A DNA stretch of 64,000 bases from an uncultured delta proteobacterium (GTDB lineage: Bacteria > Myxococcota_A > Polyangia > Haliangiales > Haliangiaceae): the NCBI GenBank assembly GCA_963848295.1, contig CAWKDB010000002.1:1024001-1088000 (forward strand). The letters run 5' to 3'. Shown piece by piece: positions 20,005 to 28,848 of the stretch (position 1 is the first letter of the stretch; every line of letters begins with the position of its first letter). The position numbers and the translations under genes are program-made. Below the pieces are notes generated by a model. It was not told the DNA's origin, searched no databases, and was given only the letters and a program-made list of their open reading frames with translations.

Positions 20005-21804
20005 ATGCGCCGCGCGTTGCTCGTGCTCGCGATCTCGTGCGGCGGCCCGCAGCTCGCCGACCCCGGCAAGCGCGCCGATCTGTCGAACCTGTTGCCGGCC
20101 ACGCTCGAGGCCGAGCGGCCGAAGACCGGCGATCCGCGCGTCGCCCACGTCCGGGTGTGGGCCGACGCCGGCGTGCGCGCGCTACCGCACTGGCGCGAAG
20201 ACATCACCGACCAGATCGACTACGCGAGTCAGCTGCTGACCCCGTTCGTCGGCGTGCGGCTGCAAGTCGACAAGATCGGCGACTGGGATCGCCAGGGCGA
20301 TCCGAAGCTCGCGCTCGGCGAGCTGCGCAAGGCCGATGCCGGCGACGACGCGACCTGGGTGATCGGCTACGTCACGCCGCCCGACGTCTCGAGCAAGGAC
20401 ATGGCCGAGCTCGGTGAAGCGCACGTCCTCGACAAGTACGTCATCGTCCGATCGTGGCCGGAGCAAGCCGAGACCACGGCGCTCGCCGCTCGTCTGCCCG
20501 AGCTCAAGGACGCCGATCGAGCCGAAGTGATCAGCGCGCACAAGCGCCACAAGCAAACCGTCGTGCTGCTCCACATGCTCGCGGCGACGGTCGGCGCGAT
20601 CGGCGAGGCCGATCCGTCGTGGATCCAGGCCCTGCTCTACTCGCCGAAGCAATCGACGTTCTCGCAGCGCAATCGCGAGCTGATGGAGCTCGGGATCGGG
20701 CTCAAGCTCGCGGTCGTCAACCAGCAAACGCTCGCGCACGATCTGCTCGAGAACATCGAGAAGCAAGACTGGGGCGGCTGGGTTCCCGCCGACAAAGATC
20801 AAGTCGTCACCGCGCTGCGCAACGCGATCGACTCGGCCAAGGCCGGCAAGACCGCGGCCGATGTCCCGTCCGGCGCGTATCCCCAGTTCGACCGCGTGCG
20901 CGAGCTACAGAAGAAGGGCGACATCCAAGAGGCGACGCTCGAGATCGATAACTTGTTGAGCGCTTATCCGGGCAACGCCGCGATGACCGAGCTCAAGTGC
21001 GAGTTGCTGATCGCGAAGCCGGGCCTCACCGACAAGGTCACGCTGGCGACCTGCGCCCACGCGAGCGAGGTCGCGCCTGGCGATCCGACGCCCCACATGG
21101 TGCTCGGCGAGGCCTACGCGAAGGCGAAAAATATGATCGCCGCGCGAACGCAGCTCGCGCAAGCCGAAGATCTGATCGCAAATCTCAAGACCCGCCAGGC
21201 CGACGCGTGGCGCCGCGTGATCGGCGACTACGTCTCGGTCGGGGCGCTGACGTGGACCGAAGACGCGATCGCCAAGGCCAAGCTCGACCACGATCCTGCC
21301 GCGCCGATCGTCGCTCAGACGCGCGTGCGGTTCGGCGTGCCGCGCGACGGAAAGATCGTCAAGCCCGATGCCGAGGGTGCGTTCGTCGCGACGATCCAAG
21401 CCGCGCTCGACCAGGTCTATTCGAGCAAGTACGGCGAGGCCGCGCGATCGCTCGCCGCGGCGGATCGCAAGTGGCCCGGTGCGCCTGGGATCTCTGCCGC
21501 GCGCTGCGATCTCGAGCTCCGCCGAGGTCAGGCCGCCGAGGCGCGAGACGCGTGCCGGCGCGCGATCGCGAGCGACCCGGACGACTCCTGGGCGCTGTAT
21601 CTGTCGGGCGTGATCGATCTCGAGAACGAGAGCGGGACGAAGGCCGGGATCGAGCAGCTCAAGCGCGCGATCGCGGTCGACCCCGACCTCGGCCAAGCCT
21701 GGCGCGCGCTCGGCAAGGCCTACGCCCGCGAGCACGCGACCGCGGACCTCGAGCGCCTGGGCAAGGACTACGCCGCGAAGTTCAACCAGCAACTGCCCCA
21801 GTGA
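20005..21804 (+). CDS. Lipoprotein with degenerate metzincin-like domain and TPR repeats
   Basis: AISC lipobox; TVVLLHMLAATVGA where HExxHxxG is expected; C-terminal TPRs. Confidence 0.75.
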   Translation: MRRALLVLAISCGGPQLADPGKRADLSNLLPATLEAERPKTGDPRVAHVRVWADAGVRALPHWREDITDQIDYASQLLTPFVGVRLQVDKIGDWDRQGDPKLALGELRKADAGDDATWVIGYVTPPDVSSKDMAELGEAHVLDKYVIVRSWPEQAETTALAARLPELKDADRAEVISAHKRHKQTVVLLHMLAATVGAIGEADPSWIQALLYSPKQSTFSQRNRELMELGIGLKLAVVNQQTLAHDLLENIEKQDWGGWVPADKDQVVTALRNAIDSAKAGKTAADVPSGAYPQFDRVRELQKKGDIQEATLEIDNLLSAYPGNAAMTELKCELLIAKPGLTDKVTLATCAHASEVAPGDPTPHMVLGEAYAKAKNMIAARTQLAQAEDLIANLKTRQADAWRRVIGDYVSVGALTWTEDAIAKAKLDHDPAAPIVAQTRVRFGVPRDGKIVKPDAEGAFVATIQAALDQVYSSKYGEAARSLAAADRKWPGAPGISAARCDLELRRGQAAEARDACRRAIASDPDDSWALYLSGVIDLENESGTKAGIEQLKRAIAVDPDLGQAWRALGKAYAREHATADLERLGKDYAAKFNQQLPQ

Positions 21805-21836
21805 ACGCGACAGAGCGTTCGTGCCATCATCGGCCC

Positions 21837-21920
21837 ATGGCCAAGGTCACCGCGATCGCGATCGCACTAGCCGCCTGCGAAAAAACACACGCGACGACGC
21901 ACGTCGACTCGTGGAAGTGA
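21837..21920 (+). CDS. Possible 27-aa micro-lipoprotein or remnant
   Basis: MAKVTAIAIALAACEKTHATTHVDSWK*; LAAC lipobox; stop 1 nt before the next start. Confidence 0.3.
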   Translation: MAKVTAIAIALAACEKTHATTHVDSWK

Positions 21921-21921
21921 C

Positions 21922-23103
21922 GTGAGCTTTCTGCGCCGCGTGTTCTCCGCCGACTACCGCGCTGCGGTCTCCGCCGAGGCCGCGGGCAACGTCGATCTCG
22001 CGGCCGAGCGGTACGCCCTCGCCGGCGAGGCCGAAGGTGCGGTCCGCATGCACCTCGCGCGTGCGGCGCGTGCGCCGAACCGCCAAGCCGAGCTCGGCGC
22101 GCTGCGCGACGCGTTGCGCTGGGCCGGCGACGAGCCGGAATTGCGTCGCCAGGCGTCGAAGGCGCTCGGCCGAGCGCTGTGGGACAACGCGAAGGCGGAA
22201 GGGATCGCGACCGAGCGCGATCGCGGCAAGGTGCGCGAGGCGGCCGCGCTGCTCGGCGTCGGTGAAGACCACCAGGCCGCGGGCGAAGCGCTCGAGGCAA
22301 TCGGCGATCACCAAGCGGCTGCGCAGGCCTACTCGGCCGGCGGATTTCTCGACCGAATGGAGCAAGCGCTCGCCCAGGAAGAGGCGCTCGGCGCGAAAGC
22401 GCGCGACGAAGCCGATGCGTTCGCGAGCTACGAGACGCACATGCGCATCGGGCGACGCGACGACGCCCGCAACGATCTCGCGCGCGCGATCGCAGCCGCG
22501 AGCGCGGCCGGCGATTATCGGCGATTGATCGATCAGCTCGAGACGTCGCTGTTGACCGCGGGCAAAGTCGAGCTGCGCCGGCGCAACCAACCGGTCGTCG
22601 TCGTGTGTGCAGCGACGAAGATCGTGCTCGGTCGCGATCCACTGTGCGACCTGTCGTTGCGCACGGGCGGCGTGTCGCGCCAGCACGCCGAGATCGACCG
22701 CGCCGGCACGTCGTTCTCGCTCCACGATCTCGATTCGCGCAACGGCACGACGATCGGTGGCCTGCCACTCGTCGGGCGCGTGCCGCTCGCCGGCACCGGC
22801 ACGTTCGGACTCGGCGACGAATGCGCGATCGGCTTCGAGCTCGCCGCCGGCGTGCTCGTGCTGCGCGTCGCCGGTGGACTCGATCGCGGGACCGCGCTGG
22901 TCGCATGCGACGAGGGCCAGCGCGTCGAGCTCGCGACCGTCGGGTTACCGCTCGACGTGATCTTTCAGCGCGGACGGCCACTGCTCGGTCGCGGCAGCTC
23001 GCATGCGGTGTCGTTCAACGGTGAGCCGCTCGGCGATATCCGCGTCCAGCTCGTGCGCGGCGATCGGATCGTCGCCGACGGCGAAGAGATCGACATCGGC
23101 TAG
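21922..23103 (+). CDS. TPR-like + FHA domain protein
   Basis: FHA motifs LGRD..VSRQHA..DLDSRNGT after a helical N-terminus. Confidence 0.85.
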   Translation: MSFLRRVFSADYRAAVSAEAAGNVDLAAERYALAGEAEGAVRMHLARAARAPNRQAELGALRDALRWAGDEPELRRQASKALGRALWDNAKAEGIATERDRGKVREAAALLGVGEDHQAAGEALEAIGDHQAAAQAYSAGGFLDRMEQALAQEEALGAKARDEADAFASYETHMRIGRRDDARNDLARAIAAASAAGDYRRLIDQLETSLLTAGKVELRRRNQPVVVVCAATKIVLGRDPLCDLSLRTGGVSRQHAEIDRAGTSFSLHDLDSRNGTTIGGLPLVGRVPLAGTGTFGLGDECAIGFELAAGVLVLRVAGGLDRGTALVACDEGQRVELATVGLPLDVIFQRGRPLLGRGSSHAVSFNGEPLGDIRVQLVRGDRIVADGEEIDIG

Positions 23104-23107
23104 CGGC

Positions 23108-24034
23108 CTAGAGCGCCGGGCATTCGGCCGGCGTCACCCGCCAGCTGTAGACGTCGTTCAAGACCTCGACCATCGCGGTCACGCCGGGCGGCGGCGGGAC
23201 GCACCCCGGGGCGGTGCACGCCGCGCCGACGACGAGTGTGTCGCTATCATGCGCCAGCACGAACGCACCTCGGGCGGGATCGCCGAACGTGCGATGCGTG
23301 GCGAGCGCTGCGGTCACGTCGGGATCGGCGAGCCGGGCGATCACGTCATCCGCGGTCACGGTGTTGTCCGCGCCGCAGGCGCTGAGCGTGATCTCGCAGT
23401 GAGTCAGCTTGCCGGCGACGCGGCGATCGGCACGCACCGTGTAGGGCGCGACCAAGACGAGGTCGTCGTCGCGCCGGTGCGGGCCGACGCTCGCGTGAAA
23501 CGAGAATCCGCCGGGCAGCGTCGCGCAACCGTTCGCAGCGGCCACGCCGAAGCACGGAGCGACCGAGCCCTCGAGCACCGCGATGATCCGATCCGCGACC
23601 GCGGGGTCCCAACCGTCGAGCCCGATCGAGATCTCGATGTGGTTCGAGACGCGGCGTGCCAGGCGATGATCGCCACCGAGCTCGTACATCGCCTGCGTCT
23701 GCCACGGCTGGTCGGCGTCGGTCGTGTCGCCGACGTGCACGAACAGCGGCGCTACCTTGACGATCGGTGGATACGCCGATGCCGTGATCCGATCGTGGTC
23801 GGCCCTCGCCTCGATCTCGACGAGCGTGCGGCCGAGCAGCGGCTCGACCTGCGCGAGCAGCCCGCGCCCTCGATCGATCGCCGCCTTGCAGCCGACCGCC
23901 CACGGGCTCGGCGCGCGGGCTGCATCCGCGCTCGCATCGCGCGCGACCGGCGGGTGGTTCGAGGCCGCGACCGGCGCGGGGCTATCGCCATAACAGCTCG
24001 CGGTGGCGAGCACGATCAACGCGGCGCGACGCAT
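23108..24034 (-). CDS. Putative lipoprotein
   Basis: MRRAALIVLATASC lipobox; several Cys. Confidence 0.6.
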   Translation of the reverse strand: MRRAALIVLATASCYGDSPAPVAASNHPPVARDASADAARAPSPWAVGCKAAIDRGRGLLAQVEPLLGRTLVEIEARADHDRITASAYPPIVKVAPLFVHVGDTTDADQPWQTQAMYELGGDHRLARRVSNHIEISIGLDGWDPAVADRIIAVLEGSVAPCFGVAAANGCATLPGGFSFHASVGPHRRDDDLVLVAPYTVRADRRVAGKLTHCEITLSACGADNTVTADDVIARLADPDVTAALATHRTFGDPARGAFVLAHDSDTLVVGAACTAPGCVPPPPGVTAMVEVLNDVYSWRVTPAECPAL

Positions 24035-24087
24035 GGGCGTCGAGCGTAGCGTGTCGATCCGCACCACGCCCGCACGAAGCGACGGGG

Positions 24088-24768
24088 TCACGCCGCGCGC
24101 ATCAGTCGCACGACCCGCATGCTCAGCCAGACGTACGCGGCGACCGTCCCGAGTCCGAACGCGGCGAGCCCGAACAGGCACGCGACCGCGATCCAGCCCG
24201 ACCCGAGCGCGGGCCAATTCAGGATGATCGCATAGGCGAGCGCGAACCCGACCAGCGCGAGCACGAGATCGCCAGCGCGCTTGCTCAGCGACTCGGCGTG
24301 CAGCTGCTCCGCGACAGCGCCGATCGCGAGCAGCACCAAGATCAACCCGACGAACCCGGCGACCATCGCGATGGTCGCGACCGTGGGTACGCGCGCGACG
24401 TGGGCAGCGAGCTCGGGCGGCAGCGTGCCTGCGCTCAGTCCGTGCACGGCGAGCTCGCGCACGCGCAGGCCTACCCATAGCTGGTAACACTCGGCCGCGA
24501 TCACGCTCGCGAAACACAGCGCCGCGAACGACGCCTGCTTGCGCGTCGGCTGCGGCACGGCGCCGCCGAACTTCAAGATCCCGGCGGCGCCGATGATCGT
24601 CGTCGCGATCTCGCCGAGCGCCACCGGGAGCCCGAACGCGAGCGAGATGTCGGTCAGCTCGCCGCGCAGGATCTGGACGAGCGCCACGATCACGACGACC
24701 GCACGCGCCGCCATCGCCCAACCGAACACGACGATGCCACTCGCCGCCCGGCTCCAGTCGTGCGCCAT
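24088..24768 (-). CDS. Integral membrane protein (about 6 TM)
   Basis: Multiple hydrophobic helices; TATAGT 7 nt before ATG. Confidence 0.7.
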   Translation of the reverse strand: MAHDWSRAASGIVVFGWAMAARAVVVIVALVQILRGELTDISLAFGLPVALGEIATTIIGAAGILKFGGAVPQPTRKQASFAALCFASVIAAECYQLWVGLRVRELAVHGLSAGTLPPELAAHVARVPTVATIAMVAGFVGLILVLLAIGAVAEQLHAESLSKRAGDLVLALVGFALAYAIILNWPALGSGWIAVACLFGLAAFGLGTVAAYVWLSMRVVRLMRAA

Positions 24769-24827
24769 CCGCGCGACTATAGCTTGCGACCGCGTCGTGC
24801 GCGCCGGGTCGAGTACACTGTGCCGCG

Positions 24828-26276
24828 ATGGCGTCCTGGTGGTCCCGCATATTCGGCTCGCCCGACGAGCCGCCGGGGACCTCCGCCCCGAAGACCGAGC
24901 CGCAGCTCTTGGGGAGCGAAGATGAAGTGTTTCTCGCGCAGCTCGTCACCGACCTCGGCGACGGTAAGCGCCGGGGCGACATCGCAAACCGCGACACGCT
25001 GGCCCGGCTCGACGGGCTGTGGACCGCCGGTCACGAGCGACTCGCGATCGAGTGGATGGAGAAGCTGCTCGGCGTACCGGAAGTCCCGGCGGAGGCGATG
25101 GCCCCGTTGCGGGCGGCGCTGGTCGAACGCTACGATCAACGCGGTGAGCTCGACGCCGCCGCGCTGCACCTCGAGAAGCTGACCGGCGACGACGCGCACG
25201 CGCTGCGTGCCCACTACTTGCTCGCCGAACGCGCGCGGCGGCGCGGCGATCACGAGCAAGCGTTACGCCACTACGAAGCGGTGCTCGGTCGCGACGTGGA
25301 CTATCCGAACGTGCGCGCGCGCGTCGATCGACTTCGCACGCTGTCCGGCCGCGGCGCGCCGGTCGCGGGCGAGACGATCGCGGCGGGTGACGTCGCCGGC
25401 GTCCAAGCCGGTGCGCGCTATCGACTCGTGCGCGAGCTCGGGCGCGGTGCGACCGGCGTCGTCTACCTCGCTCGCGACGCCGAGCTCGAACGCGATGTCG
25501 CGATCAAGCTGCTGCACGCGCACCTCGCGGGGAGCGAGCAGAAAGATGCGCTCGCGCGGTTCTTCCACGAGGCACGCGTGATGGCCTCGTTGCGCCACCC
25601 GAACGTGGTCGCGGTGCTCGATCTCGACGAACCGGCGCGCCGGATCGTGATGGAGCTCGCCGCCGGCGGCACGCTGCGCGACGTCTTGCGCGAACGCGGC
25701 CCGCGGTCGCTGCACCGCGCGATCGAGCGCCATGGCCAGATCCTCAACGCGCTCGCCGCCGCGCATCGCCGCGGCATCGTCCACTGCGACGTCAAGCCGG
25801 GCAATCTCATGTTCCGTCGCGATGCCGACGCCTCCGGCGTCGAGGTCATGCTCGGTGATTTCGGCGTCGCTCACCTGCCCGATGCCAACGGCGCGGTCGC
25901 GTCGCTCGCACGCCGCGCAGAAGCGGTCGGCACCCTCGCCTACATGGCGCCGGAGCAACGCAAAGGCGAGATCGTGGCCGCGTCCGACGTGTTCGCAGCC
26001 GCGGTCGTGCTCTACGAGATGATCGTCGGCCACACGCCGTGGTCGCGCGAGGTCGTGATGACCGGCACGCGGCACACGCAAGACTTCGCGCTGCCGCCCG
26101 AGGTCTTCGCCGCGACACCGAAGCTCGCTGCCGAGATCCAGCACCACCTCGCGCAGCTCGGCGATCCCGATCCCGCGCGCCGTCCGACCTCGGCCCAGGC
26201 ACTCGCCGACGCGCAGCGGCTGCGCGAGCGGATCATCGCCGCGGAGGCGCGCTTGGTCGTGCTCAGTCGTCCTTGA
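24828..26276 (+). CDS. TPR + Ser/Thr protein kinase (non-RD)
   Basis: N-terminal TPRs; GRGATG, VAIK, HCDVKPGN, DFG, GTLAYMAPE. Confidence 0.9.
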   Translation: MASWWSRIFGSPDEPPGTSAPKTEPQLLGSEDEVFLAQLVTDLGDGKRRGDIANRDTLARLDGLWTAGHERLAIEWMEKLLGVPEVPAEAMAPLRAALVERYDQRGELDAAALHLEKLTGDDAHALRAHYLLAERARRRGDHEQALRHYEAVLGRDVDYPNVRARVDRLRTLSGRGAPVAGETIAAGDVAGVQAGARYRLVRELGRGATGVVYLARDAELERDVAIKLLHAHLAGSEQKDALARFFHEARVMASLRHPNVVAVLDLDEPARRIVMELAAGGTLRDVLRERGPRSLHRAIERHGQILNALAAAHRRGIVHCDVKPGNLMFRRDADASGVEVMLGDFGVAHLPDANGAVASLARRAEAVGTLAYMAPEQRKGEIVAASDVFAAAVVLYEMIVGHTPWSREVVMTGTRHTQDFALPPEVFAATPKLAAEIQHHLAQLGDPDPARRPTSAQALADAQRLRERIIAAEARLVVLSRP

Positions 26277-28014
26277 CCGGCGTCGCTTTGAGCGCGGCCT
26301 TGCCGTCCTTGACGTAGACCGTGAACCGCACTTCCTTGCAGCCGGTGCGGGTCATCAGGTCGTCGCGGTTCTTGATCAGCTTCTCGGAGAACTTTGCGTA
26401 GGTGAGGTTCGTGATCGGTTCGGCGCAGCTCTTCTTGACCGACACGAACTGATCGAACACCTGCTTGAAGTACGGATCGACCGGACCGCTCGCGTCCGCA
26501 GGTGGCGCGAGCAGCGTCGGCGCAGGCGGAGCCGCGGCCGCGATGCCACCGAGGATGTCGTCCTCGAGCCGGACCGGCGCACGCGGCGGCGGAGCGCTCG
26601 GCGGCGCGGCGCTCTGCGGCGGCTGCAGCGGCGGCGGCATGGGGGCGGAGCGCACGGGAGCGGGCGTCGGAGCGCGCGGCGGTGGCGTAGGGGCGCGCGG
26701 CGGCGGTGCCGGCGCCGGTGCGTCGCCGAACCGAAATTCCGACGGCGGTGGCGCAGCGCTCGAGGTCGCCGGGCCACCCGGTCGTGCGGCGGGCAGCGCG
26801 GTCGCGAGCAGATCGATCGTGCCGAGGCTGCCTTCGGGCGCCGGGCCGAGCAGTTGGTCGAGGTTCGTGCGCGCCGCTTTCGCGTCGCGCCCGAGCTTGT
26901 CGATGTGGATGTTCACCGAGCGCGCGATCGAACCGAACTTGCCGCCGTGCGCATCTTCGCCGAGTCGCTCCTGATCGCCCTTCGCGAGCTTGAGCGCATC
27001 GTTGGTCAATCGACGCAGCGGTCGGTCGGCTTCGATGAACATCAGCCCGATTCCGACCGCGAGGCAAAGCACGAAGCCGCCCGCGACCAGGATCCACGGA
27101 AAGTTCGCCGGCTTCAGATCGTCGCTCGTCACCGCGTGCAGCGTGCCCATGAAGCCGCGCGCTTTGGGCCGGGTCAGGAGGACCGCGAAGTACGCCTCCC
27201 GCGCTCTCGCCTCGCCGGGCAGGCGTGCGACGACCGCGGTCATCTCGTCGTTACCGGCCCGCACGTCGAACGGTTGGTTCGCCTCGCAATCCTTGCGCAG
27301 CGATCCGCCGGTCAGGCCTTTCACCGCCGCCGCCATCGCGGCGTTGTCATTGTTGAGCGTGCGCGAGCCAGCGACATCGTCGGCGCCCAGGTAGAAGCGC
27401 AGGTCGACCGAGAGACCGTCGACGAGCTTCGCTGCGAAGTCGTTCGTGACCTTGTTGCCGAGCACGACCGCGCCGACATATGCGACGGGAGGATCGCGCT
27501 TGATCACCGGCGATGCCGACACGAAGTACATCGTCCCGCCCTGTGCCCAGATGTCGTCGCGCAGGTAGCCGGCGAGCGCGTCGTCGACCAACGGTCGGCC
27601 CAATGCGACGTCGCGCGCGTCGGCTTCGTCGAGCCCGACCCGAGTGACGATCCGGCCGCTGCGATCGACGAGGATCGCGAAATCCGGCTTGCGATTGCCG
27701 TTCACGCCCTTGAGGATCTCGACCGCCTTGCCGCGCAGCGCGAGCGCGCGTGCGTCGTCGATCTTGTCGGCACTCGAGGCTTGTTCGAGCGCGCTGACGA
27801 TGTCGGGTGCACGGCTGAACGCGCCGGCGAGCTCGACGCGGACGTGCGCATCGGCTTCGAGCTGGATGTCGATGACGCTGCACGCGATCGACAGCCGATC
27901 GTGCTCGCCTTGGACGAGCGCGCGCTGTGCCGGACGCGGCATGATCAACGCGATGGTCAGCGCGATGCCGGCCGCGAGCGCGACCACGAACATCCAGATC
28001 TTCGACAGGAACAC
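26263..28014 (-). CDS. MXAN_5187-like protein (TM, Cache-like sensor, HAMP-like, Pro-rich, conserved C-terminal domain)
   Basis: C-terminus FDQFVSVKKSC..FSEKLIKNR..VRFTVYVKDGKAALKATP; two TM helices flank a periplasmic domain. Confidence 0.75.
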   Translation of the reverse strand: MFLSKIWMFVVALAAGIALTIALIMPRPAQRALVQGEHDRLSIACSVIDIQLEADAHVRVELAGAFSRAPDIVSALEQASSADKIDDARALALRGKAVEILKGVNGNRKPDFAILVDRSGRIVTRVGLDEADARDVALGRPLVDDALAGYLRDDIWAQGGTMYFVSASPVIKRDPPVAYVGAVVLGNKVTNDFAAKLVDGLSVDLRFYLGADDVAGSRTLNNDNAAMAAAVKGLTGGSLRKDCEANQPFDVRAGNDEMTAVVARLPGEARAREAYFAVLLTRPKARGFMGTLHAVTSDDLKPANFPWILVAGGFVLCLAVGIGLMFIEADRPLRRLTNDALKLAKGDQERLGEDAHGGKFGSIARSVNIHIDKLGRDAKAARTNLDQLLGPAPEGSLGTIDLLATALPAARPGGPATSSAAPPPSEFRFGDAPAPAPPPRAPTPPPRAPTPAPVRSAPMPPPLQPPQSAAPPSAPPPRAPVRLEDDILGGIAAAAPPAPTLLAPPADASGPVDPYFKQVFDQFVSVKKSCAEPITNLTYAKFSEKLIKNRDDLMTRTGCKEVRFTVYVKDGKAALKATPVKDD

Positions 28015-28021
28015 CGCCGCC

Positions 28022-28726
28022 TCACTTCTTCGCCGGCGCAGGCGCGAACGCGCCGGGCGGGACCTTCGGGTTGATGTCCGTCTTGCCCTTCGCGGCCACG
28101 TTCACGGTTTGATCCACATCGAGCCAATGATCCTTGTAGAAGATCTTGACGTGATAGCTGCCCTCGGGGACGTCCGGGATCTCGAACTTGCCGGCTTCGT
28201 CGGGATAACCGATGAACGCGGTGTTCACGACGACGACGGTGCCGTGGAGAAACGGCGCCTCGGGGTCGCCGATCTCGAGCACCTTACCGACGTCGGGCGC
28301 GCGAAACGTCTTCGGACCACCGGGATTGATCACGCCGTCGAGCAGCTTCGTGTCCTTGCCGTGGTCGAACGCGTGCAGTCTGCGATCGGAGTGCGAGCCG
28401 TTTTCGATCACGATCTCGGAACCGGCCGGCGCGGCGATCACGGGCCTACCGAACGATTCGCCGACCAGGTTCCACGTGATCCGCGGCGGCGTCGCGGGTT
28501 TCTCGTCGCCTTCGAGCACGACGACCAGCAGCGGCATCACGTTGTACGGCCGCAAGCCGGCGAGCGGGTTCGCGACCGGCTCGAGAAAACCGCGCGTCAG
28601 GACCGGGCGCTCCGGCGGCGGCGGCAGATCGAGCTTGCCGTTGACCATGCCCGCCCGCACGGGTCCCGCAGCGCTGACCGAGACCCACCCGAGCGCGAGA
28701 GCTACCGCAGACGTTCGAACCCGCAT
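28022..28726 (-). CDS. Secreted cupredoxin-like / carboxypeptidase-regulatory-like protein
   Basis: Signal peptide; DEAGKFEIPDVPEGSYHVKIFY. Confidence 0.7.
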   Translation of the reverse strand: MRVRTSAVALALGWVSVSAAGPVRAGMVNGKLDLPPPPERPVLTRGFLEPVANPLAGLRPYNVMPLLVVVLEGDEKPATPPRITWNLVGESFGRPVIAAPAGSEIVIENGSHSDRRLHAFDHGKDTKLLDGVINPGGPKTFRAPDVGKVLEIGDPEAPFLHGTVVVVNTAFIGYPDEAGKFEIPDVPEGSYHVKIFYKDHWLDVDQTVNVAAKGKTDINPKVPPGAFAPAPAKK

Positions 28727-28848
28727 CCTTTGCGATCGTAGGCCTGGGGTGCGCGCGACGGCAAGCCGCGGTGGCAGCTACGTCGCCGGAATTGTTCGCC
28801 CCCTGCCCGGGTGACAACCGCAGCGCGCCCTGGCCGATAGCCAGCGCC

